Source: Octopus vulgaris
Lineage: Eukaryota
Direction of reading: 5' to 3'
Length of the DNA: 64,000 nt
Assembly (NCBI GenBank): GCA_951406725.2
Contig: OX597823.1
Span: 113,150,001 to 113,214,000, forward strand
Both the position numbers and the translations under genes were made by a program. Below, piece after piece: positions 15,086 to 28,780 of this stretch. The first letter of the stretch is position 1; each line of letters opens with the position of its first letter. The notes under the pieces were generated by a model. It did not search any database and was not told the origin of the DNA. It worked only from the letters and a program-made list of their open reading frames with translations.

Positions 15086-16731
15086 TACATATATATCCAT
15101 ACACATAATTGTCCTTCTCATATCGAACTCATTATCTAAATGATGGAGCTTCGTTCAAACTTCTGTGGCGGTGAGGGTTCACCTTTTGAAATGACTAATC
15201 AATATTTATGAGTGATTTCAATAACTTTTGATTGGTGGATTGTGCATAGAATTTAGTACAATGTAGCAAATAAGAGATTATATGAATTTTGGGAAAGGCG
15301 GTTTAGTTCAACCCCAAAGCTATATATAAATGTTCACTATGACAACCGCAATGTCGATAGCACCATTGATTATGATGAAATATTAGTTGAGAAAAATAGT
15401 TCGTCTTATAGAATATGATGGCGGTAGTGGTTTTCATGGTGATATTGGTTGTGCCAATGATCGTGATGATACTCATGATGATGGTGATAAAAATGATAAA
15501 ATTGGTATTATGATGGATATATTATTGATAACAATTAATTACTGTGATGTCAACAATGGCCCTAACTATCATAATTACTGCAGAGAAAGAAAAGGTGGCG
15601 GTAACTGTGATAAAGATGAGTTTATAATTGTTATAAAGATGAAGAAAACGATGTCAACTATGATGAAGCAAATAACGATAGATGTAGAGTGTGATGACGA
15701 TGCTGATAAACAGTATAGTGGTGATGGAGATGGCGATGATTTCTGTAGTCTTACGATTTTACGTTCTTATATTCCCCACTCATTTTTCTTCTTTTTTGTC
15801 TAACGCTAAGAGATGTAACTGGATTAAGATTGTAATAAAACAATAGAAAATAAGACTTGTGATTAATTTATATCGTGATGACGGTAATGAAGATAACTAG
15901 ATATTACTTGGGAAGAATGATGGTTGACATTAAACGTCATAGTAATGTTTGTGGCAGCCGCAATATATACTTGCATTAAGGCGCATGCGTCGAATAGTGT
16001 ATGGCCTTTCTTCAGGTTCCTCAAAATAAATTGTTTACTGCTAGCTCCTTATTAATTACAAAATTCACTCCCACCACAAAACTTCCTCCTCCTCCTCCTC
16101 ATCCATTAACTACTATCCTACCGATAATATCATCAGATCAAACTAATAAATTTCTCAGTGTATGTTTATACACATGTACATGTGTGTGCGTGTATGTGTG
16201 CCATTGTTTGTGCGTGAGCTCTTCTATAATAATAATTTTATTTATCGATTTAATGTTTCATTTTGTGTCTTTCTTCTCCTCAACTAAGATTTATCACCTA
16301 CGCTCTCTCTTTCTCTCTCACACGCACTTTCTCAGTATATCTTGATGGCGTTCGCCGTTGTCTCCACTATAAGCACAACAAAAGTAACTAAATTTCTCAA
16401 TGTCCACAAGCCAATACCTTGAGATTTCCCTGGGTTCCGCTACTTAATGTTACTATCACAATTTTATTATCATTATTTTGATGATGATGATGATGATGAT
16501 GATGTGACGACGACGTATATGCGATGGCAAAAATCATGATATAAAAGTTTTCATCACATAATTTGAATTATAACTAATTTCATGCATTCTTCACAGACAC
16601 AGATGTATATTTAGATCAATTATTTAACCAGAATTACTTGCTTCATGCATCCAGATTAAAAAAATATAAGTGTGTTTATGAGTGCGTGAGTGTGCTTACG
16701 TATTTTCATCGTTATTTAGTAATGTATACGC

Positions 16732-16782
<51 letters not shown>

Positions 16783-16800
16783 AAGTAACTGTTGTTCTGC

Positions 16801-16855
<55 letters not shown>

Positions 16856-16989
16856 GTTATAAAATAAATTACTTTGCCGAGAACTCATTAGAAATAAGTA
16901 AAAAACTTTTTTAAAACTAACTGTTGTTGCTGCCACTAACGTTACTTTGAAAAATCTTTTAATGTCAAATTGATCATTCTTCCCAAGTA

Positions 16990-17031
<42 letters not shown>

Positions 17032-17109
17032 TGAATACTTGGTGAAATTGATTAATTAATTAATTTTACCTCAATTGTTGAAATATATATATATTATATA
17101 TATACACTC

Positions 17110-17665
17110 ATGTTTCTTTCTGTTGAAGAGCGTAGGCTCGAAAAGTAAAATACTTTCTTACTTTCCCGAGCGTCAAACTAATACACCTATTTGTTGTTTA
17201 TACACCTGTCTCCGTCTTTTGTTTTTCCGTAAATTTGAAGTATACACCTCCCAAAAACATCACACCACACTACACTACACCATACGACACTACACATCAC
17301 ATCACAAAACACCACCTCCACACCCATCCCCATTTTTTCACACCTACACATACACACACGCACAAGTCCAGGCCACCAGCCCTCTTTCACACGCACATAA
17401 TACTCTCTTATACACACACGCACCTTCGTGTATGGGGGTCATCTTTACTTTGTTATCTCCCCTACTTCTTCCCTCTCGTGTGTGACACTTCTGTCCGAGT
17501 CAGTCGTCATGATACATCGTTAGCCACTACACATATTTTTTTCTCTCCTTGTTTTTTCTGTGTCCCTTTCTGTAGAAGAGCGTAGGCTCGAAACGTAAAA
17601 GACTTATTCTATTCCTGAGCGTTATACTAATACAGCTGTTTGTTTGTACATCACCTGTCTTCGTA

Positions 17666-17670
<5 letters not shown>
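17110..17670 (+). mobile_element. Direct repeats 450 bp apart, each with a hammerhead-like motif (core CUGUNGA)
   Basis: gaagagcgtaggctcgaaa at 17125 and 17575 with shared downstream gagcgt...ctaataca...cacctgtct. Confidence 0.65.
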
Positions 17671-17741
<71 letters not shown>

Positions 17742-17745
<4 letters not shown>

Positions 17746-18662
17746 TATTACAATATATAAAAGGGCTTAGTAAAATAAATTACTTTGCCGCATACTGAAC
17801 TCATTAGAAATAGCAGCTAAAAAACTTTTTTAAAAACCATTTCTAAAACTTTCGTGAGTTGAGTTGACCAAACACTATACGAGAGAGATTTTCTTTAAGT
17901 ATTAGAAATGGTTTTTAAAAAAGTTTTTTAGCTGCTATTTCTAATGAGTTCAGTATGCGGCAAAGTAATTTATTTTACTAAGCCCTTTTATATATTGTAA
18001 TAATTTGAATTCGCCTTAAATGGTCCCTTTGCATACTGAACACTTGGTGAAATTAATTAATAATTAATTAATTTTACCCTCAATTGTTGAAATTATAATT
18101 AATCTCCCTCTAATTAATGCTTCGGATTTTACCGAAATAAGCAGAGTGTTTGTTGATTTTAACCCACGCTGGTGGAAAGGGGAGGACAGAAATTCTTCGC
18201 TTGCATGTTTGAGTTTGTTGGCACTGTTAGTTACGAGCAGATCTTCGAAGGCGATGAGAGGCCGAAAGAGTATGCTCTGACTTTCAGTGTTTTCAAATCC
18301 AAACCATGGAGTTTCTGAGCTGATGATAGAAGTGTCTTGATGACTAATCTTGAAACGTACGTTCTCAAATAACCTTTGCATTTGATTTTTTTATGTCTTT
18401 ACCCCCAAACTTTCGTGAGTTGAGTTGACCAAACACTATACGAGAGAGATTTTCTTTAAATATTAGAAATGGTTTTTAAAAAAGTTTTTAAAAAAGTTTT
18501 TTAGCTGCTATTTCTAATGAGTTCAGTATGCGGCAAAGTAATTTATTTTACTAAGCCCTTTTATATATTGTAATAATTTGAATTCGCCTTAAATGGTCCC
18601 TTTGCATACTGAACACTTGGTGAAATTAATTAATAATTAATTAATTTTACCCTCAATTGTTG

Positions 18663-18670
<8 letters not shown>
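17742..18670 (+). mobile_element. Young retrozyme/Penelope-like insertion: inverted arm plus ~1.45 copies of a 561-bp monomer, in (TA)n
   Basis: 17742-17846 is the reverse complement of 17902-18006; 17847-18097 is repeated almost identically at 18407-18670. Confidence 0.8.
18316..18367 (+). ncRNA. Type I hammerhead ribozyme motif
   Basis: tgag CTGATGA [tagaagt..actaatctt] GAA ACGTACGT T ctca: 4-bp stem I, palindromic stem III, imperfect stem II. Confidence 0.65.
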
Positions 18671-18754
<84 letters not shown>

Positions 18755-18768
18755 CATATATTTATATA

Positions 18769-18957
18769 TATCTGTAAATATAATATGTGATAATTATTCA
18801 GTAGTCATGATATAACTCCGAGTTTCGGATGTCGGGGCGGAAACCCACGCCGGCATCTCTTCAGTTATCGGGCCGGCGTGGGTTTCCGCCCTGACATCCG
18901 AAACTCGGAGTTTTATCATGGCTACCGAATAATTGTCACATATTATATTTACAGATA
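18769..18957. repeat. 86-bp inverted repeat with 17-nt spacer containing a minus-strand HHR motif (18809-18869)
   Basis: Arms 18769-18854 / 18872-18957. The minus strand reads gataa CTGAAGA gatgccgg..ccgacatc c GAA ACTCGGAGT T atatc. Confidence 0.75.
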
Positions 18958-19185
18958 GATTCCTCTATTTACATAATATCGAGGTCTCTTTCATTCTTTC
19001 GTTGTCTTACCATTTCTATCAACATATATATATATATGATGTGTGTGTATGTATGTATGTGTGTGTATGTATGTATGTGTGTGTGCGCGTGTATATATAT
19101 ATATATATATACATACATATATGTATATATATAGGTGTATATATATATATATACATACGTACATGCGTTCAGACATACGTACATG

Positions 19186-19423
19186 AATTACTGAGAATTC
19201 TGTAGTCACTCTATCCCGATTACAAGTTCGGATTTATACCTGGGATTATTGAGACCCTGAGATATGTGACACACTACCGATCTTGAGAAATTAGGCTTCT
19301 CAAAACCAGAAAGGAGAAAGCTAATTCGAAGACTACCGATCCAATCCATCGCTAGAACTGTAAAAAATCTATAAAACTGTAAAAATCTATAAATCTATAA
19401 ACTTTCCAGAAGTTTATCATTTA
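19186..19423 (+). pseudogene. C-terminus of an RLE-type (R4/Dong/CRE-like) non-LTR retrotransposon ORF
   Basis: Translates with a stop and frameshifts as ELLRIL*SLYPDYKFGFIPGIIETLRYVTH / LEKLGFSKPERRKLIRRLPIQSIARTVKIYKT..FQKFII*, resembling the end of a restriction-like endonuclease domain. Confidence 0.6.
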
Positions 19424-20288
19424 AATATATATGTGCATGTATAGATATGCAACTGTATGCATGGGAATATATACGTAAAACATACAAATCTGCACGCACA
19501 TAGATACGTACATAAATGTAAAAATAATGACGTACATACATACATACATACCCCACATACATACAGACATACATAAATACATACAGTGGCAGACTGGCCA
19601 GGGGGTCACCTTGACCGACATTAGACGTTAGAGTCCATATATAAATTAAATGTTGGAAAAACTTTTGGATTAACTACAGAAATTAACTCATGAAATAATC
19701 CTTTTTAAGTTGATTTCTCAAGTAATTAAATCATTCCCTTCTAAGTGAAACTTTTTATTTATGCAATACACTGTATATTCTATTAGGTAAATAATTACCG
19801 TTATTTGCCTTGTCAAGTACCTTACAAAGTGTGATGTCAAATTCAGCATCAACCCGTCGTAATTGAATAAAGTGATCTATATAATAACGTTTCTTCGTTT
19901 ACCCGTTATACTTCATTTAGTTAGAGAGGTGGAGGTGGCATGAGAGACGTGAGTGAGAGAGAAATGGGGAGGGTGAGAGAGAGAGGGTGTTGAGAAGAAA
20001 GACGTGATGAAGATGTAGAGTAAATATGTATAAAGCCGAATCAGTCACGTCGTTAGTTGAATGGAGAGGCGAAGAGCGATAGAAAATGACAATGAGAGAA
20101 AAAGAGGGAGAGAGAAGTGTTAACGACGGCCTTTGGGTGTGGGAAGGGAAAGGTGAAGAGAAAGACATGTTTGGGATACAATATTTAGCAGAGGTGAATA
20201 TTCTGGTGGTGAGGTGAAGGAAAGGCAGATAAAGTGAGATGGTCAGGGAAGGTAGTTACATCAAGATTAAATAGATAGATAGATAGAT

Positions 20289-20344
<56 letters not shown>

Positions 20345-20916
20345 AAGTTGGTTCAAGTAAGAGGTGAAGAACAAGAAAATGCTAAAGACATGAAGACGGT
20401 GATTACATAGAAAATTTTGTTGAAGAGGTAGAAAGAAAGAGAAATATAACGTGCTTAGTAGATGGAAATCTTAAAATATAATATATTATTGTGACTGGAA
20501 GTGAAATATTTAGCAAAATAAAATCAAAATGCAAATCATCTTTTCTACCTGAAATAGCTTCTCTTAATCCATTTCGTTCTGTGATATTTCCACGGTTTCC
20601 ACTAGTAAAACATTAATCTTTGTGCAACACATTTCCATAAAGCAACGAACTAGGTGAACTAATGATATTTTGAGTTGACCTTGTGTCGTCTATATATGTG
20701 TATATATATATGTGTATGTGTTTGTGTGTGTGTGTGTGTGAGTGAGTGTGTGAGTGTATGTGTGTAAGAAATTACTGTGGACAAAGCTGTGTGGCGTTCG
20801 ATTAGAAATGAATAAAAAAAAAACATTAAGTAGAGGACATCACTAACGAGTGATAAATACGTAAACGCACAGTGTGCGTATGGGTGTGTGGATGTGTGTG
20901 AATGTATGTGCGTAGC

Positions 20917-20952
<36 letters not shown>

Positions 20953-21228
20953 TAAATTAGAGATAAAACCACTATTAGGCAAATCAAACAGTGAAAAACA
21001 TAAGCCAGTACATAAAATTAATTTAAAAATATAAAAGTTAAAAATTAAAAAATTATTTAAACTTATAAATTTTAAATATATATATACAAATATATATATA
21101 GATATATATGAATGTATATTTTTATATTTATATATTATTTAATTTATTAATTTATTTATTTATTAATTAAACATTTTTTTTTATTATATAAATATCAAAA
21201 GTATTAAAAGTTTAATAAAAGATAAAGA

Positions 21229-21294
<66 letters not shown>

Positions 21295-21316
21295 ATGTAT
21301 GTATATATATACATAC

Positions 21317-21348
<32 letters not shown>

Positions 21349-21640
21349 GTATATATATATATGTGTATATATATATATATTTATATATTTATAATCTGAG
21401 ATTGTGAGAGTGAACAATACTATTTGTCTGATTTTAATTTATATTAACTAATCAACCAACATAGTTGATTAAACAGTAGCTATAGTATTACTTTAGAAAT
21501 ATATAATCTACTATATTTATCCTAATCCTAGTAATGTATCAGTAATTATGTATAAATATTGTATGTGCTAATTTTTCCCAATGTAGGGTATTTTAAATTA
21601 AGTTTTAACTTTTAATATCAGGAATATTACTCCTAACAGC

Positions 21641-22060
21641 ATGGGAAAGGAAAAGCAGAAATCTGGATTACTGATATGCAAACAGCAGAAGAAGCAAACT
21701 GGTATGAACCAGGCATGCAGTGCAAATCTATTACAAATTTTTAATACCACAACGGTCATCCACATCAATGTCTAGCTCGGTAACAAATAATCAAGAAGCA
21801 ACGAACAATACTCGTAGCGATGATGCAGTGGCATATCAGTTGCAAGAAATGGCAAGATTTTCACTGAGTGTTGAGACAAACACAAGTGCATCCTTTACCA
21901 ATCGACCAATCGACTTCATTGTTCCAGTATCTATACAGCTTGTAGTTGTAACATCTGAGCACGTAGCTTCAACAAGAGTCAGGGATTCAGATATTGATTC
22001 AGGTATAAATGACTTGGTTTCTGAAGCAAGTCCTGTAAATGAACCTATTCATATGTATAC
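21641..22060 (+). pseudogene. Possible N-terminal relic of a hAT/ZMYM-like transposase
   Basis: MGKEKQKSGLLICKQQKK...ANL/YKFLIP followed by an S/T/D-rich stretch; frameshifted and truncated by microsatellite. Confidence 0.3.
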
Positions 22061-22225
22061 GCGCGTATGTGAGGATGTATGAGTATAAATACACATACAT
22101 ACAAACATACCCACATACACATAGACCATATATACAATAGATGTATACATACATACATACATACATACATACATACATACATACATGCATACATACACAC
22201 ATACATACATTCATACATACATATA

Positions 22226-22289
<64 letters not shown>

Positions 22290-22372
22290 CAACAAAGTGA
22301 AGTTGTAAGATACCGCACGAGTGGAAATATATATGAAAGAAGGTTTGAAAATGCAGTTTTAAAATATGTATA

Positions 22373-22420
22373 TTCACTTGACCAGTTTCACTTTTTTAGA
22401 AAAAGATTATCAAAAGTAAA
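22373..22420 (-). ncRNA. Type I hammerhead motif with U3-A8 core
   Basis: tttactt TTGATAA t cttttt cta aaaaag t GAA ACTGGT C aagtgaa. Confidence 0.6.
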
Positions 22421-23179
22421 ATGTAAAGCTATGTATAAGCTTTGTTGTGTTAAGTACTGGTTGACACAAAATATTACAATACATATATACATTTTGTGAT
22501 AATAATAGGAAAAATGTTAAAACAGTTTACAAAGAAAAATCTTGTGAAAATATTAAACAGTTAATTGAAAATAGGATTTCATTAAAAAGCCTGTTTGTTT
22601 GGAAGTATCTATATATACACACAGAATATTATAGGTTCAAAAAGGTCATATTTTGGTGGTATACATATATATATATATATATGCATAATTTAACTGTTTA
22701 CAAATAATTTGAGATAAACTGACCTGTTTTACCATTTTCTGTGAAACTAAATATAGACTGATTACTATTTTAAGGGACAGTGTGTGTGTGTGGGGGGGGA
22801 GGGTAAGGAGGAGCAATGTGGGATTGAAAGGAAATTTTTGTTGTTTCTCTTTAGTCTCACGGTTCAGTGGTTTTGGGGACTGGTCTGTGAGGTCAGAATG
22901 GTGTGAGTGTGTGTGTCTCTGGGTGTGTATATGTGTGCGCCATTTGGTGCGTGTTTATGTTTGTGTGTTTGTGTGTTTTTGTGTTGGTGGGGATGCCATG
23001 TGTGTGTATGTGAGTGTGTGTTGTGTCTGTCTGAGTATATTTGTGCTTTAATTGTCGCTGTGGTGTGTGTGTATGTGAGCAACCTTATGTGTGCGTGAAG
23101 GTGCATATGTATGTGTGTGAGTATGTGTGGATGTATGTATATATATATATATATATATGGGTTTGTGTGGATGTGTGGA

Positions 23180-23229
<50 letters not shown>

Positions 23230-23513
23230 AACATGCACATACATAGATATATATATATATGTGTGTGTGTAGAGGAAGAGAGAGATGGAGTGAGAGAGAG
23301 AGAGTGAATGAGAGAAAGATAACTGCATTCTATTAAATCCCAATCTATTTAGAGAATGAAATTTAGGATCAATTCAAAAGTGCGTTTGAATATTTGTAAT
23401 CGTTAACCATGTTAGGTAGATATTATAAGAGTAATACATAATTCCGTAAATGAGTTTAGAAAGGACTCAGAGTATTTAAATGTGTGTCTATACACACATA
23501 GACGCAATCATAT

Positions 23514-23546
<33 letters not shown>

Positions 23547-23622
23547 CAAACATAAATAGACAGACAGATAGATACGCATCATATGAAATATTCACATATA
23601 TATATATACATTTATATATATA

Positions 23623-23699
<77 letters not shown>

Positions 23700-24611
23700 C
23701 ATATTATATTATATATATATACATAAAAATATAACAGCATATATAGAGTATGCATTGATGTATATATGTGCACATTTTAGCTAATGCCAATTAGTAGGTG
23801 TACTCAGATATGTATGTCTATGAGTACACAGACACATACACATAGACATACACACATATACACACACAGCCACACACACACACACACACACGCACGGAGA
23901 CATACACAAAAACACACACGTATGTGCGTATATATAATTATATATACAAATATTTGGTTTCTATTTAATAGATCAATATTATTGATTATAATACCAGATT
24001 TCAACAAACAAATTATCCTCATAGAATTTCAGACAATTATATATTTAGATATTTAGATTCTTTTCAGAATAGCCGGCTAAATGAAGCTAAAGGTCATTTC
24101 AATATATTTAATGGGATCAACCATTCTTATAGTCATTCACTAGACATATATGCCGCTCATAAACGGTGTCATAATTTCTGAAGCGTAGAAATAAAACCTC
24201 TTAATTGACTGATGGAGAACGCTTGAATACAGCTGATCATGTGTCACAAGAGCCAAGGAGGTTGTCAAGGTTGTCAAGATATTTTCTAGAAATGTTTAGA
24301 ATGATGGACGTTGTATATGTAATTGACCTCTAATATGTTTCTTATTTGGCAAATTGTATGTATTATTTGATGTACTATTGTTCTAATTTTTTAGTATATT
24401 TATTTTCGATTTAATGGCATCTGGAATGAGATAAAGTGTTTCCATTTAGTTCTAGCTGGAAAAAAATCTTGAACATGCAAGTAGGTTCATGGTATCGTAG
24501 ATTAATTTAATATGTGCTTTACTACTTCATCAATGATGTTGAGGTATGTCTATTCAGCTACTCACTTGTTAGTTTCCATTTCAACTTAGAGTACTGCGCT
24601 TTATCGATTAT

Positions 24612-24665
<54 letters not shown>

Positions 24666-24978
24666 TTTCATTTCACTTACGTTAATGACAGAATTGCGGA
24701 AAACATGAATATATAATAATATCAAATATAGAATATAAAGATTGTTGATTTGTTGTAGTTCCTTTGCCCCAGGTCTAACATTATTCAAAAGGATCCATAA
24801 TTAAATTTGTTGCTGCTGTGAATCACATTTTGTTTAGAACGTAGTTATGTTTTAGATTAAATTATGCTGTGTACTCCATTTTCTTTATTCGGTTTGTAGG
24901 AAATTTAGCTGCTATTTCTATTAAGAAAAGCAATGGGATACTAACGTAATCTTGGTGATTGACATTGTTGTCATATTA

Positions 24979-25237
24979 AAATATATAAACGCGCCCTTTT
25001 AAAGCCTAGCCAGGGTCATGGGCCTGGTTTCCCGGTTTCAATGGCGTATGTGGTCCCCAGATGGACGGGACGCCAGTCCGTCGCAGCGTTACTCATTTTT
25101 CCCAGCTGAGTGGACTGGAGCAACGTGAAATGAAGCGTTTTGCTGAAGAACACAACACGGCGCCCCTTCCAGGAATCAAAACCACAATCTTACGATCATG
25201 ATGCTGACACCCTAACCACTAAGCCACGCGCCTCCAC
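24979..25237 (-). mobile_element. tRNA-derived SINE family 3 with 13-bp TSD
   Basis: The minus-strand head is ggaggcgcgtggcttagtggttagggtg; contains ctgagtggactggagcaacgtgaaa; TSD tgttgtcatatta at 24966-78 and 25238-50. Confidence 0.85.
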
Positions 25238-25700
25238 TGTTGTCATATTACTTGATGTTATAGCTTTTGTTAACAACGTCAAGACCTTCTATATTCACTC
25301 TTTCTATAATTTACCAATACAGTTTATGATTCACAGACTGATAGAAAATACGGAAAACTGGAAGATCTTGATGTGTAGATAATACAATGGACCAAGGGTT
25401 ACACGAACTTTATGAATTTGTAATTCTTATTTTAGACTCGTCCAGACACAATTTTCAGTTGCGTGAAGTAAAATACGAGACTGCATGAATGTATGCGAGT
25501 GAACTGGTGCAAATGTTATGCATCTCCAGAACTACAGCTATTGTCATCAAAATACTACTAGTTATTAGGCAAAAAATTCATACCCTTTATGTAATTCTTT
25601 CTACTATAGGAAAAGCAAAGTCGATCTTGGTGGAATTTGAACTCAGAACGTAAAGCAGGAAGAAATGCAGCTTGGTGTTTGTTTTGTCTCACGTAGTATA

Positions 25701-25924
25701 TATTTCTTTACTACCCATAAGGGGCCAAACATAGAGGGGACAGGCAAAGGGATTAAGTTGATTACATCGACCACAGTGCGAAACTGGCACTTTATTTATC
25801 GACCCCGAAAGGATGAAAGGCAAAGTCTAACTCGGCGGAATTTGAACTCAGAACGTAACGATGGACGAAATATTGCTAAGCATTTCGCCCGGCGCGCTAA
25901 CTTTTCAGCCAGCTTGCCGCCTTA
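25701..25924 (-). mobile_element. SINE family 1, near full length (fragments also at ~25595-25665 and ~25950-26095)
   Basis: The minus strand begins aaggcggcaagctggc, has a B-box-like gagttcaaattcc and the central gcctttcatcctttcggggtcgataaa. Confidence 0.9.
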
Positions 25925-26939
25925 CATATCCCTTATGATTTTTTTCTGTTTTAGGTGCAAGGCCTGAACTTTGGGGGTGGGAAGAGACTAGTCGATTATG
26001 CTGAGATCTGTAATACTTAATTTATCGACTAGGAAATAAGGAAAGGCAAAGTCGACTTCAGCGCAATTTGAACTCATAACGGAAAGTCGAAGACATGCCA
26101 CGGATTTGATGTTATATCATACATAACACATGAATATGGAGAAGACACACGATAACTTTTCTCTGCCTTCTACATATTATTTGCTACATTGAAATTTTAA
26201 TTCTTTGTTAATTGAACCTAGTTGTAGGGCTGTCTTTCCTCTTCATAGCAACGATAAGATAAATTGTAGAAAAAAACTGTGGTCGATGTAATCGAATTTG
26301 CAACACTTCCAAATTTTAGCCTATGGTAGTATGATAGAAATCATTATTTAAAATAATGTATTTCTGTATCTTTTGTTTGTAAAAGAGAAGACAGACACAC
26401 GACTCTCTGTATATTCTGAATGCACGTTAATTAGCGTAAGCGTAAGTAGATAGTGCAGAAGCAAACTTAATTATGATATAAACGCAGAAATCATATATAT
26501 ATGTATGGTTGTGTGTGTGTATGTATGTATGTATGTATGTATGTATGTATGTATGTATGTATGTATGTATATGTGTATCAGTTTATTGAAATATGAATGT
26601 ATTATTGTATTGACTGATGAATTCATTCTATGGAGCACACGAAATTCGTTTTCTAAATATAAGTTTGCTGAAAGAAATCGGTTTTACTAAGCATATCCAT
26701 CTCCGGGCTTTAGCAATACAAACGAATATGTCACGGCATTCAAATGACATGATGTAAGACGGCACGCTCTCCTATCCATGCTCATCAGAAATTAGTGACT
26801 GCTAAGTTTATTACGGACATGCAAACGATAATGTATTTCCTCATACACTATATTGTGTGATTCATGGGATTCGAAATGACAGCCCCTTTCTTTGCACGTT
26901 ATGTGACTCTCTAAGACAATCTTCTATATCACTCCCCAA

Positions 26940-27400
26940 AGTCCATCCCCTCCTCACCGTGGTGGGGACGCTGGCAACGGGTAGTGCCTGAGCTATGCCG
27001 TCGGGAACTTCGGTTCCTGGTAGGGCCACCCAAGGCGGATTGGTCTGACACCGAGTGGTATTAGGGCCACAACTTCGGTTCCAGGTAGGGCAACCCAAGG
27101 CGGATTGGTCTGACACCGAGTGGTATTAGGGCCACAAACAGGCAGACGGGGCTCTGGTGAAAATCCTCGGAGTGCCTGTTTCGGCCACCGGCGGCTCCTC
27201 GGTCGTTCTGTCCCTGCGTCTGCGGACAATCTGCGGCAAACAGGATGTCTCTACATGTGGGATTGTTGGGGACCGCTTGTGAAATTCATATTCCCACGAA
27301 ACTTCTTCCACTGCCATGGTTCAAGATGCCTCGAGGGTGGTAGAAGAAACCGACTCGACTCGGCCAGGGTGAATGTCGCCACAAGTACAAGTAAGTATAT
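26940..27400 (+). mobile_element. RTE-LINE 5'UTR-derived non-autonomous element with 65-bp tandem duplication
   Basis: gagctatgcc...cctggtagggccaccca resembles RTE 5'UTRs; duplication 27006-27070 / 27071-27135; acaagtacaagtaagta tail. Confidence 0.55.
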
Positions 27401-28579
27401 CACTAGCAAAATAGCTCAAAACACGTTTACTGGAACTTGCAAAATACTCCTGAAAATAACAACTAGTAATTTGTATCAAGTCTTCATTTATTAGTAATTT
27501 GTAGGCGTCATAGGGTAATAACAGAATCATTTTTAATCCTAAAATTTGAAATATATTGGTAGTGAAAGATGTCATATATCTCAAGCAATCGCCGCGTTTC
27601 TATTTCTTGATGTTTTACTCATTTCTGTCATGTGATCTGTACTTAATCCAGCTGTTTCATTTAATCTCTGAAACGAATCGAATCAGAAATTTCGTATTAT
27701 ATTTCCGAGTGGTTAAATTACATTTAACATTTCTAAATACTATTTAAGATTGGCAACGAGATTCTTCCTATGCTTTATTTTCGCAACACTCTATGGAGAT
27801 GGTATTCTTGAGTGTACTGAGGGAATTGTTGAGATCAAGCTGATAAAAAAAAGTTAATTGTCGACAGAATAGTTTCAAGCAAAATGTGACATAAATAATT
27901 TAAATGGAATATTTCTGAACCATACAATATATTAGTTTTGTTACCATGGAAACGGAATTTCAGTTTTTTTTCTTTTTTTTTATTTCTTTCTATGCACAAC
28001 TAAAAGTAATATTTATAGCTCTCCCGTTTTCTCTGAAAATACTAAAGAACCTTAAATGAAGATGAAGTAGTGATAAAACTATATCAGTGGATCACATGGT
28101 TAGGAATCAATCAAAACCACGTGATCCGCTGATTAAATTATTCACCTGACGTCCATATTGATTTAATTGTTGAGAAGACCTCAACAAAACAATGACGTGT
28201 ATTAAACACTGTCTATGAGATACATAAGAGATTTGGAAAAGAGCACTAAATACACGCCGAAGGCTTGCAATTAAACAACATAGTTTAAGAGAGGATACGT
28301 GATATCTCTATGCACAACTGTTAATAAAGAATTAGAGCAAGGAAAACGCTTAACTTATTCCATTAATGAAGATTCTACGTAAATATATTTAAGTGTTGCT
28401 TTAAATATTTCAGCCTCATAAACGTCAAAAATCATTTATCGAAGTCTATTCAGCATTCAAACTCACCTAGCCATAAACAAGCACGCTTAATCAAATATAA
28501 TAATTACAATCAGCTTGGGATAAGATGGTTATCAGAAAAGGATCGTGTAGAAAAAGGATTTGTAAGTAATATATACATA

Positions 28580-28715
28580 CTGTGTGGTAAGCAGCTTGCT
28601 TACCAACCCCATGGTTCCGGGTTCATTCCACTGCGTGGCACCTTGAGCAAGTGTCTTCTACTATAGCCTCGAGCCGACCAAAGCCTTGTGAGTGGCAACT
28701 GAAAGAAGTCCGTCG

Positions 28716-28780
<65 letters not shown>

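Noticed and set aside
25840-25924. tRNA genes
   Set aside because: The A/B-box-like segments are SINE heads attached to SINE bodies, not complete cloverleaves.
26613-26650. CTGATGA...GAAA spacing (similar at 58684)
   Set aside because: Stems II and III cannot be formed; likely chance.
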